DNA of 64,000 nt from Candidatus Gastranaerophilales bacterium (GTDB lineage: Bacteria > Cyanobacteriota > Vampirovibrionia > Gastranaerophilales > Gastranaerophilaceae), in contig CAJUPC010000007.1 in assembly GCA_910588555.1 (NCBI GenBank), positions 316 to 64,315 on the forward strand, in the 5' to 3' direction. The notes under the pieces were generated by a model that saw only the letters and a list, made by a program, of their open reading frames with translations, was not told where the DNA came from and did not search any database. Below are positions 18,393 through 28,213 of this stretch, one piece after another; within the stretch, counting starts at the first letter, position 1; each line of letters starts with the position of its first letter. The translations under genes were made by a program, and so were the position numbers.

Positions 18393-19729
18393 TGGCACCA
18401 CAAATGAAAATGCCGACAACTGATGATTTAATGTCAATGTGGCAGGCGTCAGGTCTAAAACAAAAGATTATATTTACGTTTCTAATGATTGCTGCTTTCA
18501 GATTTGGGGTACAAATGCCGCTATTCGGTATTAATAACCAAATATTCAGCAACATAGCTCAGGGAAACAACATAATCGGCTTTTTAGATTTGTTCTCAGG
18601 TGGCGCATTGGGTAAGGTATCTATATTTGCATTAGGTATCGGACCTTATATTACTTCATCAATTATTATCCAGCTTGTTTCTGTAGTAATTCCATCACTG
18701 GAAAAATTGCAGAAAGAAGAAGGAGAAGCAGGCAGAAGAAAACTGTCGCAGTATACACGTATTTTTACTGTTGTATTAGCTGTGTTCCAGTCATTAGTCT
18801 TCATGTTATATTTGCACCATTTACCCGGTGCGGTATTGCCTAATGTTAATCCGTTAATGTTCTTTGTAAGTTCAATTGTCGTATTAACAGCAGGTTCCGT
18901 ACTTGTTATGTGGATATCTGAACTTATCACCGAAAAAGGTATCGGTAATGGCGGTTCTTTAATCATCTTTATCGGTATATTATCGGGAATTCCTATCTAT
19001 GCGTCAAGAACTGCGCAAATTGTTGCTCATAATTCTATGATGCAGTTAGGATTAGCAGTTTTGCTTTTAATCTTCTTCCTTGCAATGATTTTCATCGTTG
19101 TAATGCAGGAAGCTGTAAGAAAAGTTATTATTGTCAATCCGAAAAGACAGGTAGGTAACAAAGTTTACGGCGGCATGAATTCATTTATTCCGTTTAAACT
19201 TAACCCCGGCGGCGTAATGCCAATTATCTTTGCGATAGCAATTCTTCTGTTCCCATCAACTGTTTTGAGTTTGGTAGGACAGGCAAATTTCAAAAGCGAA
19301 GCTGTAAAAGCGGCTGTTGTACACTTGACTCAGTTTTTGAGTCCAGACGGTATAACTTATTACGTATTGTATTTCTTAATGATTGTTGCATTAACTTTCT
19401 TCTATGCATCAATCATGCCAAATATGCAGCCGAAAGATATTGCAGATAACTTGAAAAAATACGGTTCATCAATTCCCGGGGTAAAACCGGGTAAACCAAC
19501 AGCAGAAGCACTTGATAAAATTTTAACCAAAACAACATTTATCGGTGCTATGGGACTTGGTATTATTGCTCTTGTACCTTCACTTGCAAGTTATGTTACA
19601 AACATCAAAACATTGCAGGGTATCGGTGCAACTTCATTAATCATCATGGTTGGTGTTGCTTTAGACTTGATTAATCAGGTACGAACACACCTGCTGGCAC
19701 GAAATTATGAATCGTTCTTAAAAGAATAA
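18392..19729 (+). CDS. secY: Preprotein translocase subunit SecY
   Basis: SIFALGIGPYITSSII, GIGNGGSLII, IPGVKPG; follows rplO. Confidence 0.98.
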   Translation: MAPQMKMPTTDDLMSMWQASGLKQKIIFTFLMIAAFRFGVQMPLFGINNQIFSNIAQGNNIIGFLDLFSGGALGKVSIFALGIGPYITSSIIIQLVSVVIPSLEKLQKEEGEAGRRKLSQYTRIFTVVLAVFQSLVFMLYLHHLPGAVLPNVNPLMFFVSSIVVLTAGSVLVMWISELITEKGIGNGGSLIIFIGILSGIPIYASRTAQIVAHNSMMQLGLAVLLLIFFLAMIFIVVMQEAVRKVIIVNPKRQVGNKVYGGMNSFIPFKLNPGGVMPIIFAIAILLFPSTVLSLVGQANFKSEAVKAAVVHLTQFLSPDGITYYVLYFLMIVALTFFYASIMPNMQPKDIADNLKKYGSSIPGVKPGKPTAEALDKILTKTTFIGAMGLGIIALVPSLASYVTNIKTLQGIGATSLIIMVGVALDLINQVRTHLLARNYESFLKE

Positions 19730-19758
19730 AAAAAGACCGCTCAGGCGGTCTTTTTTTT
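19730..19758 (+). terminator. Intrinsic terminator after secY
   Basis: AGACCGC-TCAG-GCGGTCT followed by a T-run. Confidence 0.9.
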
Positions 19759-19909
19759 GCTTTCTTTAAAATATAGGTTGAATTTAAACTATAGACAAAA
19801 AGTAGTATTAGGATTAAAAATTTTATTACTATTTAGTCGAATGTTTTGTGGTGCAAAAACATGTAACATATAAATGTAAATCCTCAACTCTTCTGATTGC
19901 TCAGTATTT

Positions 19910-19940
19910 ACCCTGACTTTTTTTATAGTCAGGGTTTTCT
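19910..19940 (+). terminator. Orphan intrinsic terminator (possible sRNA 3' end)
   Basis: ACCCTGACT-N8-AGTCAGGGT-TTTCT with no annotated gene upstream of it. Confidence 0.6.
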
Positions 19941-19996
19941 TTACATATCGACAAAATAAAAAAAATAGTGTATAATAATTTCAAAATGAGGTTATT

Positions 19997-20587
19997 ATGA
20001 GAGAATTAGTAGAAAAGGACAGAAAAATTACAGTTGTGCCATCTGACTTTAGATGTGCCAATAAAGGTACTATTGTTGATATTGAACCGAGATATTTCAC
20101 GGTTGAGTTGGATTATGAACCAACAGGAATGATGAGACGCAATTATTGCGAATTTTATACTCAAACAAGTCATGGGACTTTATATTTTGATTCTTATCCT
20201 GAAGAAATTCAAGGAAAAAGAATTAAAGTTGCTACACCTGCAAAACATAGATTTTTACAAAGACGTCAATATACACGTATCAAATATGTTTATGATTTAG
20301 ACTTAAACTTTGACGGTGGAAGCCACAAAATTACAACCCTTGATATATCTGCAGGCGGTATGAAATTTAGAACAAACTCAAATGTTGATATTGAAAAAAC
20401 TTATTCAATTAAACTTCCATTATCTGAAAAACAGGCTGTAGAATGTTTATTCAGTCCGATTAGAATAGAGAAAAATGAAAACAGCGGATATACATTGTCA
20501 GGAAGATTTGAATATCATACCAGCAAAGATAAAATGACATTAACTCAATTCTGTGCAAAAAGAAGTATTGAAATCCGTAACAAGTAA
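19997..20587 (+). CDS. PilZ-domain c-di-GMP receptor (YcgR-like)
   Basis: QRRQYTR (RxxxR) and DISAGG (DxSxxG). Confidence 0.9.
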   Translation: MRELVEKDRKITVVPSDFRCANKGTIVDIEPRYFTVELDYEPTGMMRRNYCEFYTQTSHGTLYFDSYPEEIQGKRIKVATPAKHRFLQRRQYTRIKYVYDLDLNFDGGSHKITTLDISAGGMKFRTNSNVDIEKTYSIKLPLSEKQAVECLFSPIRIEKNENSGYTLSGRFEYHTSKDKMTLTQFCAKRSIEIRNK

Positions 20588-21606
20588 TGAGTCTGATAAA
20601 TTTACTTAAAAAACAAAATCGTAAAACATTGTTCACGACACCTTCTCATGGACAAAAGTTTTTCGTGTTTAACAAGTTCAGACAATTTTATAAATATGAT
20701 ATATCGGAAACAGATGCGCATGATCCGCAAACAGCCCTTTATAAAGCGCAGGAACGAGCTGCAAAAATTTATGGGACTAAACACACATATTTTCTTACAA
20801 ACGGTTCAACAAGCGGCATAATTACGGCTGTATTAAGCTGTACTCAAAAATGTGACAAAGTTTTGCTGTGGCGTAACGCTCACCCGAGCCACTTGAATGC
20901 AGTAAAACTTGCAGGATGTGAGCCTGTATTCTATGATTTACCTATAAATAAAGACTGGGGAATTCACGATAAAATAGTTCCTGATAATATTGATTTAAAA
21001 GGTATTAAAGCAATAATAATAACTTCACCAAGTTATGAGGGAGTCGTTTCAGATATCAAAGCTATAAAAAAAGTTTGTGAAAAGGCATATTTAATTGTTG
21101 ATGAAGCGCATGGTGCACTTTATCCTTTTTCTGAAAAATTGCCTGAAAGCGCGGTTAAAATTGCAGACTTTACAATTCAATCGCTTCACAAAACAGCAGG
21201 CGGCTTAAATCCCACAGCACTTTTACATGTAAACTGTGAATGTGACGCTGAAAAAGCATTAAGTATGATAAATACAACCTCACCGTCGTACCCGCTTTTG
21301 GCAACAATAGAAGCAAATATTAATTATTTAAATTCTAAAAAGGGAAGAAAAAAGCTTGATAATTTGCTAAACAATATTGAAGATTTGCGAAAAAGTTCTC
21401 AAAATATCGAGTTTGGCGGAGATGATATTACAAAAATTCTTATAAAGAGGAAAGGCATGACAGGATATGAATTGTCTGATAAACTTTTTGATGAATTTGA
21501 TATTGAAGATGAAAAAACAAACGAAATTTCAACAATGCTTTTGTGCGGTATCGGAACGGATGAAAAGAAATTAAAACGCCTTAAACAAGCCCTAAGTAGA
21601 ATATAA
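20587..21606 (+). CDS. Orn/Lys/Arg decarboxylase family PLP enzyme (major domain only)
   Basis: LTNGST, TSPSYEG, VDEAHG, QSLHK PLP lysine, TTSPSY. Confidence 0.85.
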   Translation: MSLINLLKKQNRKTLFTTPSHGQKFFVFNKFRQFYKYDISETDAHDPQTALYKAQERAAKIYGTKHTYFLTNGSTSGIITAVLSCTQKCDKVLLWRNAHPSHLNAVKLAGCEPVFYDLPINKDWGIHDKIVPDNIDLKGIKAIIITSPSYEGVVSDIKAIKKVCEKAYLIVDEAHGALYPFSEKLPESAVKIADFTIQSLHKTAGGLNPTALLHVNCECDAEKALSMINTTSPSYPLLATIEANINYLNSKKGRKKLDNLLNNIEDLRKSSQNIEFGGDDITKILIKRKGMTGYELSDKLFDEFDIEDEKTNEISTMLLCGIGTDEKKLKRLKQALSRI

Positions 21607-21608
21607 TA

Positions 21609-21639
21609 AAAAAAGAAGCCCTGATTGGACTTCTTTTTT
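21609..21639. terminator. Bidirectional terminator
   Basis: A-run, GAAGCCC-TGATT-GGACTTC, T-run (one mismatch). Confidence 0.65.
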
Positions 21640-21657
21640 ATTTGTAATTTTTAAAAC

Positions 21658-21942
21658 CTAAGCTGCAATAGAAGATTTGATTTCTCTGATTAAATATTCA
21701 GCTACCCATTCAAAATCTTTATTTTCTTCCGCTGCTTTTTTAAGGTATTGAACTGACGGAGCACCAATTCTGATAAGAGTCATAGCAACTACGCCTCTTT
21801 TGATACCTCTTACAACCTGCAATTGATTAACAAGCTGAGGAAGAGCTGATGTACCGATGCTTACAAGTTCATTTTCCAATTCATTTTTAGTAATATTGTC
21901 TGCGTTTTCTAATTTTGAAAGAATTTCATTAACTGTTTCCAT
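21658..21942 (-). CDS. Small HEAT-repeat-like helical protein
   Basis: LVSIGTSALPQLV...AMTLIRIGAPSVQYL pattern; RBS GGAG. Confidence 0.6.
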   Translation of the reverse strand: METVNEILSKLENADNITKNELENELVSIGTSALPQLVNQLQVVRGIKRGVVAMTLIRIGAPSVQYLKKAAEENKDFEWVAEYLIREIKSSIAA

Positions 21943-22109
21943 TATTTTTCTCCATATATCTTTTTCTATTTATATTATGATTATAAACTAAAAAATAGCG
22001 TATTCTCGATTTCCTTACATAATCTTTATATGTTACCCTTGGGCAGCTAACGTAATGATTTATTCTATATTCATGTCATTTTAATGACCGCCTACTTTGT
22101 GATTTTACT

Positions 22110-22136
22110 AAAAAAGCTCCCGAAAGGGAGCTTTTT
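22110..22136. terminator. Terminator downstream of 22144-22677
   Basis: AAAAAGCTCCC-GAAA-GGGAGCTTTTT. Confidence 0.9.
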
Positions 22137-22143
22137 GTATTTA

Positions 22144-22677
22144 TTAACCTTGTCCTGTGTAGTCGGGGGCGATATTTTTCGCACCTGCCTTTTCTTCTTC
22201 TTTCTTAGCATCGTATTCAGCTTGTGCAAGTTGAATTTGTGATTTAATACTGTCGAGTTCTGTTTGAATGCTGTCTTCTTCGTCTTTCAACGGTGTCAAC
22301 ATAGATTCTCTTATCATATCAAATTCTTGTGCCCAAACATTTTGAGCCTGCATCATTTGATTTTGCATGTATTGAGACATAACCATAAAGTCTTGTCTTT
22401 GAGCATCAGTTAATTGAACATTTCCCAATGGAGAACCGCCATTATTGCCAAAGAAATCATGATTACCAAAAATTCCGGTACTCATCATATTCATCTGGTA
22501 CTGTCTTTGCATATTAGCATTGACCTGCTTTTCCATGCGGGTCAGATATTTTTCCATTTGTCCGACTTCTTTTGTAACACGGCGCAAGCGGGCCTGTACC
22601 ATCGTTTCTCGGTGTTGTAAGGAACGAAGGTATTTACCAGCCATTAATTTTCCGTATGCGCCTGATAGGAAGCCCAT
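22144..22677 (-). CDS. Lineage-specific helical-hairpin protein, tandem paralog 2
   Basis: 177 aa, MGFLSGAYGKLMAGKY...PDYTGQG, Q/M-rich centre. Confidence 0.85.
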   Translation of the reverse strand: MGFLSGAYGKLMAGKYLRSLQHRETMVQARLRRVTKEVGQMEKYLTRMEKQVNANMQRQYQMNMMSTGIFGNHDFFGNNGGSPLGNVQLTDAQRQDFMVMSQYMQNQMMQAQNVWAQEFDMIRESMLTPLKDEEDSIQTELDSIKSQIQLAQAEYDAKKEEEKAGAKNIAPDYTGQG

Positions 22678-22708
22678 GATAAATATCCTTTTTACTTTAT
22701 ACTCTTAA

Positions 22709-22775
22709 ATATATAAAGTATATAATAGATATATAATTGCGTATATATAAAATTTTGTTTACATTTTGTTACAAA
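22709..22775 (-). promoter_or_regulatory. Tripartite promoter motif copy B
   Basis: TGTAAC-N5-GTAAAC-N16-GCAATT-N15-ACTTTATATAT. The plus strand reads TTTACATT-TT-GTTACAAA. Confidence 0.7.
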
Positions 22776-22823
22776 CTTAACTGCTCATAAAATAAAAGCT
22801 CCCCTTTTGGAGAGCTATATTTG

Positions 22824-23357
22824 TTAACCCTGTCCGGTATAATCCGGTTTGAGGTATTGTATACCTGATTTTTCTTCTTCTTGTTTTGCTTTGTATTCTT
22901 GTTCTGCGATAAGTGTTTGTGATTTTAAACTGTCAAGTTCTGTTTGCAATTCATCTTCTTTGTCTTTTAATGGCTGCAACATAGCTTCTCTTATCATATC
23001 AAATTGCATTTGCCATACAGATTGAGCCTGTGACATTTGCATTTGTATCATTTGAGTGAATGCCTGATAATCTTGTCTTTGACCATCGGTCCAAGTTCCT
23101 GTTCCTATAGGAGAGCCTCCGTTAGTACCTGTAAAATCATAATCTTTAAAGAAACCTGCTGATACATAAGCATTTCTCATCGCTAACTGCATATTTGCAT
23201 TTACTTGTTTTTCCATGCGGGACAAATATTTTTCCATATCTGCAACCTCTTTAGTTGCACGACGCACCTGGGTTGTTACCAGTGTTTGCTTGTACTGCAA
23301 ATCACGGTAATATTTCCCCGCCATTAATTTTCCGTATGCGCCTGATAGGAACCCCAT
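22824..23357 (-). CDS. Lineage-specific helical-hairpin protein, tandem paralog 1
   Basis: 177 aa; first 16 aa and C-terminal PDYTGQG identical to 22144-22677. Confidence 0.85.
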   Translation of the reverse strand: MGFLSGAYGKLMAGKYYRDLQYKQTLVTTQVRRATKEVADMEKYLSRMEKQVNANMQLAMRNAYVSAGFFKDYDFTGTNGGSPIGTGTWTDGQRQDYQAFTQMIQMQMSQAQSVWQMQFDMIREAMLQPLKDKEDELQTELDSLKSQTLIAEQEYKAKQEEEKSGIQYLKPDYTGQG

Positions 23358-23389
23358 GATTAATTTCCCTTACTTTTTTTATCCCCGTA

Positions 23390-23459
23390 TATATATAAAG
23401 TATTTATAAGTACAATTATTGCCTTAATAAGAAAAACTATGTTAAGAATTTGTTACATT
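23390..23459 (-). promoter_or_regulatory. Tripartite promoter motif copy C
   Basis: TGTAAC-N5-CTTAAC-N18-GCAATA-N15-ACTTTATATATA. Confidence 0.65.
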
Positions 23460-23527
23460 CGCTAAAACCGCCTTGATAATGCATTGAAATTATATTTGTG
23501 ATAAAATCAGGCTGTAAAGGAGAATTT

Positions 23528-24568
23528 ATGTTTAATAAAAGGATTTTTACCGGTAAAAATATAATTTTTGCGTCATTGGTTATAGCACTATTGCTGATTT
23601 TGCCTAAAATTACAGGGATATTACTGCTTTTCTTTGCGGCCTATGTTTTTGCGTGTGCACTCAATCCTTATGTTACAAAGCTAATGAAACGAATGAGCAG
23701 AAATGCGGCTTCCACTCTTGTAGTTTTGACAAGTATTCTTGCTACTGTTGCATTGTTTGTTCCTATATTTTTTGTAGCATTTAAAGAAATTAAAACCTTT
23801 ATTTCAACTTTACCCGATAAAATTTCAGGAGTGACAAATTTCCTGATGAACACTGAATTTTACGGACATAAAATTCCTGATATGCTGGATTTAGACACTG
23901 TAATAGGTAATTCATCAACATTTGCTCAAGGACTGGTAAACCATTCGTGGACTTTTACAATGAGCCTTTTTCAACTTGTAATGATTACAGTCGCTCTAAC
24001 TATGATTGTTTATTATATTCTTGTTGATAAAAAATATTTGAAAGATAAATTTTTACAATTCTTTCCACCTGATTTGAAAGAAAAAGCTGATAATATTTTA
24101 ACAATCATCAGTAATAAAGTCGGCGGATATGTAAGGGCACAGCTTTTATCAATGGCGGCAGTAGGATTAATGATTGCAGTACTGCTTGTTATTCTTGGTG
24201 TCGAATATTCTACATTATTGGGTTTAATTGCGGGTTTGCTTGATATAATTCCGATTTTGGGACCGACTATTGCGCTTGCAGTAATTTTACTTGTTGCTTA
24301 TCCTTTGGGACTTGTAAAAATTATTTTAATTATTGCAGGATTTTTGATTGTTCAACAAATATCAAATTATGTTGTAAGACCTGTATTATTCGGGAAATTA
24401 ATGGAACTTCATCCGTTAATGATATTTTTGGCACTATTTTTAGCAGAGCAGTTTTTAGGCTTCTGGGGTGTAATTCTGTCACCTGCAATTGCTGCTACAA
24501 TATGCGTTTTGATTGATGAATTATACTTAAAGCCAATTAATCTTAAAAACAGTTATATGGGAAAATAA
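23528..24568 (+). CDS. AI-2E family transporter
   Basis: Multi-TM, GGYVRAQ, IIPILGP, ELHPL, LGFWGVILSP. Confidence 0.9.
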   Translation: MFNKRIFTGKNIIFASLVIALLLILPKITGILLLFFAAYVFACALNPYVTKLMKRMSRNAASTLVVLTSILATVALFVPIFFVAFKEIKTFISTLPDKISGVTNFLMNTEFYGHKIPDMLDLDTVIGNSSTFAQGLVNHSWTFTMSLFQLVMITVALTMIVYYILVDKKYLKDKFLQFFPPDLKEKADNILTIISNKVGGYVRAQLLSMAAVGLMIAVLLVILGVEYSTLLGLIAGLLDIIPILGPTIALAVILLVAYPLGLVKIILIIAGFLIVQQISNYVVRPVLFGKLMELHPLMIFLALFLAEQFLGFWGVILSPAIAATICVLIDELYLKPINLKNSYMGK

Positions 24569-26136
24569 TGGAAAAGTTTTTATACGACAGAAATATAAAT
24601 AAAAATTCAGAATTTGTAATGTGGATGGCATTTCCGGGAATTTATTCATTTTCAATGTCATCTCTCGGATACCTGTGGATGTTTAAAACACTTGATGAAA
24701 CAGAGGGAATTAATGTTGAAAGAATTTGTTCAGATACAGACAAAACTCAATATAATGTATCTGATGTAAAACTTTTTGGTTTTTCTTTTTCATTTGATAT
24801 GGATTTTTTAACAATTTTTTCTATGCTTGAAAAATATAATATACCGTTAAAATCAAATGAACGCGAAGGCTTCCCGCTTATATTCGCAGGCGGTCCGGTT
24901 GTTAGCGCAAATCCTGAACCTTACAAAAACTTTTTTGACTTTTTTATAATTGGTGACGGCGAAGATGTAAATCTTCAAGCTGCAAATATTTGTAGAGAAA
25001 ATCAGGACAAACCTAAAAAAGAAGTTTTAAAACTTCTTTCTCAAATTGAAGGAATATACGTTCCTATATTTCCTCAAAAAGTAAATAAACTTACAAAAAA
25101 ACTGACTGAATGTATTTATACACCACTATTAAGCAGTGACGCATTTTTTAAAGATACTTTTATTTTAGAAATGTCGCGAGGCTGTGCAAACAGATGTGGT
25201 TTTTGTCTTGCTTCATATTTAAACCTTCCCTTAAGGTGCGTAAATTATGACGAACTTTTAAAGACAATTGACCTTGGTTTATCGCATACAAATAAAATTG
25301 CTCTTTTAGGAGCACAAATCAGTGCTCACCCCCATTTTCACGAAGTTTGTAAATATATTTATGACAAAATGCAATCAGGTGAAAAAATTGAAATGAGTGT
25401 TTCTTCACTAAGAGTTGACGCTGTAAGTGATGATGTTGTCAAAACACTTGTCGCTGCAGGACAGAAAAATTCTACGCTCGCAATTGAAGCTGGAAGTAAC
25501 AGACTGCGAAAAGTAATAAATAAAAACTTAAATGAGGAGCAAATTTTTAATGCAGTTAAAATTGCTCGCAACAATGGCTTGAAAGGCTTAAAATTTTACG
25601 GAATGCTCGGCTTGCCGACCGAGACTCAAGATGATTTAGAGGCTATTATAACACTAGCTAAGAGGCTTAAAAAAGAAAATAAAGGTTTTGATATTTCATT
25701 CGGATTTTCAAGCTTTGTGCCAAAGCCTAACACTCCTTTTCAATGGTTTGGCAGAGAATATACAAAATCACTCGAAGAAAAAAGCAATTTTATAAAAAAA
25801 GAACTTCATAAACTAGGTATTACAGTGCATATATCCAGTATAAAATGGGACTACTGGCAAGCTGTCTTATCACGCGGGGATGAAAGCTTAAACGACTTTG
25901 TACTTGAAGTTTACAAGCAGGGCGGAAAACTCGGTGCATTTAAATCAGCAGCAAAAAAATATAAAATTGATACAGATTATTTTGCCTGTATGAACTGGAA
26001 ATTTGACAAAACACTCCCCTGGGATTTTATTGAAATTAATCCGGGTAAAGAATTCCTTATTAAAGAAAATCAGAGATTAACTACATCGGAGTGTAATCAC
26101 AGTATACAAGACTTGACCAGCGTTCAAAATAGCTGA
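24568..26136 (+). CDS. B12-binding-type radical SAM protein
   Basis: EMSRGCANRCGFC (CxxxCxxC), AGGP...NPEP, FVPKPNTPFQW. Confidence 0.85.
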   Translation: MEKFLYDRNINKNSEFVMWMAFPGIYSFSMSSLGYLWMFKTLDETEGINVERICSDTDKTQYNVSDVKLFGFSFSFDMDFLTIFSMLEKYNIPLKSNEREGFPLIFAGGPVVSANPEPYKNFFDFFIIGDGEDVNLQAANICRENQDKPKKEVLKLLSQIEGIYVPIFPQKVNKLTKKLTECIYTPLLSSDAFFKDTFILEMSRGCANRCGFCLASYLNLPLRCVNYDELLKTIDLGLSHTNKIALLGAQISAHPHFHEVCKYIYDKMQSGEKIEMSVSSLRVDAVSDDVVKTLVAAGQKNSTLAIEAGSNRLRKVINKNLNEEQIFNAVKIARNNGLKGLKFYGMLGLPTETQDDLEAIITLAKRLKKENKGFDISFGFSSFVPKPNTPFQWFGREYTKSLEEKSNFIKKELHKLGITVHISSIKWDYWQAVLSRGDESLNDFVLEVYKQGGKLGAFKSAAKKYKIDTDYFACMNWKFDKTLPWDFIEINPGKEFLIKENQRLTTSECNHSIQDLTSVQNS

Positions 26137-26704
26137 TTTGAGTAGCACTGCCTGTTTTGATATAAATACGATGCAATGATTTATCAGGCATGTTTAAAGC
26201 TGAACAAATAGCTGCTTTTATAATATCTTTGTGGGTAACAATAATAATTCTGCCGCCAAGATTATCTTCTATTATTTTATCGATTGAAGTTTTAACTCTC
26301 GCGATAAAGTCTGTAACGCTTTCTGCGTCATCAGGCGTTCCAATATCGGGATAATTTATAAGTTTTTCCAGTGCGTCGGGATACTTATCTTCAATTTGTT
26401 CAAAAGTCAATCCGTTGAATTTACCGCATTTACGCGGATGCAAATCGTCAACAATTTCAAATTCCTGTTTAAAAGATTTTGCAATCATACCTGCAGATTG
26501 AGTTGAACGAAGCGCAGGAGATGTATAAATTTTATCATTTTTTATGCCGCGAATTTTTAAGAATTCACAAATTTTTTCAATCTCTTCAAGCCCAGCGTCA
26601 CTAAGAGGAGGGTAGCTTTCAGAATCCGTAAACCTGTCGTCTTCACTAAATATTGTTGCACCGTTGCATATAAAAGTTATCTTACATTTTCTATTAAAAT
26701 ACAT
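26081..26704 (-). CDS. Histidine phosphatase-fold protein lacking the RHG motif
   Basis: Fold motifs YTSPALR..QSA, G.FNG, AES and VTH are present; ICNGAT replaces RHGxT. Confidence 0.75.
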   Translation of the reverse strand: MYFNRKCKITFICNGATIFSEDDRFTDSESYPPLSDAGLEEIEKICEFLKIRGIKNDKIYTSPALRSTQSAGMIAKSFKQEFEIVDDLHPRKCGKFNGLTFEQIEDKYPDALEKLINYPDIGTPDDAESVTDFIARVKTSIDKIIEDNLGGRIIIVTHKDIIKAAICSALNMPDKSLHRIYIKTGSATQISYFERWSSLVYCDYTPM

Positions 26705-26772
26705 TTTTTATCCTTTATTTATTATTATAACATATTTTATGTTATAATCAAGTAAAATAAAAGGAGACAGCC

Positions 26773-27270
26773 ATGATTGGAAAAGCATTTAAATTCGGAG
26801 ACAACATTTCAACCGACCACATTGCACCTGGAAGATTATTCCACTTGCGTTCTAATTTGCCTGAGTTTGCAAAACACGTTTTGGAAGATGCTGACCCGAA
26901 TTTTGCCAGCTCAATGAAAAAAGGCGACTTTGTTGTTGGCGGCTCTAATTTTGGTTTAGGTTCTTCAAGAGAGCATGCTCCTCAAATCATTAAAATTGCA
27001 GGTGTTGGTGCAGTAATTGCAAAATCATTTGCAAGAATTTTTTACAGAAATGCAATCAATATCGGACTTTTGGCAATCGAATGCGACACCGACTCTATCG
27101 ATGCCGGAGATGAACTAGACTTGGATATTGAAAAAGGAATTATTAAAAACATTACAAACGGTACAATTATACAAATTGAACCGTTACCGCCAGTCATGAT
27201 AAAAATGCTTCAAGACGGCGGTCTAGTTCAACATATTAAGAAAAACGGCGATTTCAATTTAACCGATTAA
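26773..27270 (+). CDS. leuD: 3-isopropylmalate dehydratase small subunit (short type)
   Basis: DNISTDHIAP, NFGLGSSREHAP, SFARIFYRNAINIG. Confidence 0.9.
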   Translation: MIGKAFKFGDNISTDHIAPGRLFHLRSNLPEFAKHVLEDADPNFASSMKKGDFVVGGSNFGLGSSREHAPQIIKIAGVGAVIAKSFARIFYRNAINIGLLAIECDTDSIDAGDELDLDIEKGIIKNITNGTIIQIEPLPPVMIKMLQDGGLVQHIKKNGDFNLTD

Positions 27271-27927
27271 TTACCAGTTTCTAAGAGAATTCAACATTAT
27301 TGCAGCTTCTCTTGCATCGCGTTTTCTAAGCTTTACAAATTGTTTGTTTCTTGGGTTGATAACGCACATAGTTTTGCCGCATCTTTCAAGCAAGTCACGT
27401 GACGCAGTGTAATCAACAGATTTCTGTCTCTGTGCATTGCATTCTTGTAAGCTGTTGCAAATTTTTCTATGCCCACCTTCTGCTAATGGTATATGTTTAA
27501 ATCTTCTAACTGTATAGGCATGAACATTATAAGAAGTTTTAATCGGACTTTTAGCAATATAGTTTTGTAAAGTATAATGGAAATTTTTGTCATCCGTTCC
27601 ATCATCATAAACATAGAAAATTACTTTAGTGTTTGAAGCAAACATGTCACGCCAAATCGGCAGAATTTGCGCCCCTCTTAACACTGACTCTGAAAGTCTT
27701 GACGGTTGATAGCTTCCCTGAGTAGAAACACCTCCTTGTCGTGAATTTGAAGCACTTTTGTTTATACCGGGAATATAGCTTATAATATTGTTAAATGCAT
27801 CTTGAAAATCAGCTGGCGTAAAACCTTTTAAAAATCCTGAAAAATAAGCAATAGCAAGCACAATAGCAATGCAAATTACCAAATTCAATAAATCCTTCAA
27901 CTTGTCAACAATAATATCTTTATCCAT
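27271..27927 (-). CDS. Hypothetical membrane-anchored protein
   Basis: RBS GGAGG before MDKDII at 27927; single N-terminal TM, four C-terminal Cys. Confidence 0.7.
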   Translation of the reverse strand: MDKDIIVDKLKDLLNLVICIAIVLAIAYFSGFLKGFTPADFQDAFNNIISYIPGINKSASNSRQGGVSTQGSYQPSRLSESVLRGAQILPIWRDMFASNTKVIFYVYDDGTDDKNFHYTLQNYIAKSPIKTSYNVHAYTVRRFKHIPLAEGGHRKICNSLQECNAQRQKSVDYTASRDLLERCGKTMCVINPRNKQFVKLRKRDAREAAIMLNSLRNW

Positions 27928-27988
27928 CGTCCCTCCAAAATAACTATATATTATTATACAATATTGTTTACATATTTTCAACCCTTTA

Positions 27989-28200
27989 TTGACAAAAGGT
28001 TGTGAGCGTAGTTTAATAAAGGTACACAAGCCATATTTTTCGTGCTGAAAATTCAGTTTGTGAGGCAAAAATAGGACGTAGGGGTCGCCAAACACCAGCG
28101 GCATTTGTTGTTTAAAGGTTTTGGAAATCCGGCAGTCCCATCATAATCGGAATGCGTAAGGGTTTCAGAATATGGTTTTGCCGAAAGAGTTACTAAATTA
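27989..28200 (+). promoter_or_regulatory. rpsL promoter and long structured 5' leader
   Basis: TTGACA-N17-TTTAAT. GC-richer leader closed by AAGCCATATT (28028) / AATATGGTTT (28169-28178). Confidence 0.6.
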
Positions 28201-28213
28201 AAGGAGAAAATTA

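Noticed and set aside
21990..22110. Possible sRNA or sigma28 promoter upstream of the HEAT-like gene
   Set aside because: Only a weak TAAA-N14-ATCGAGAA match and a short hairpin; insufficient support.
27928..28104. N-terminal extension of the 27271 ORF
   Set aside because: It overlaps the rpsL promoter and leader; the RBS GGAGG supports the start at 27927.
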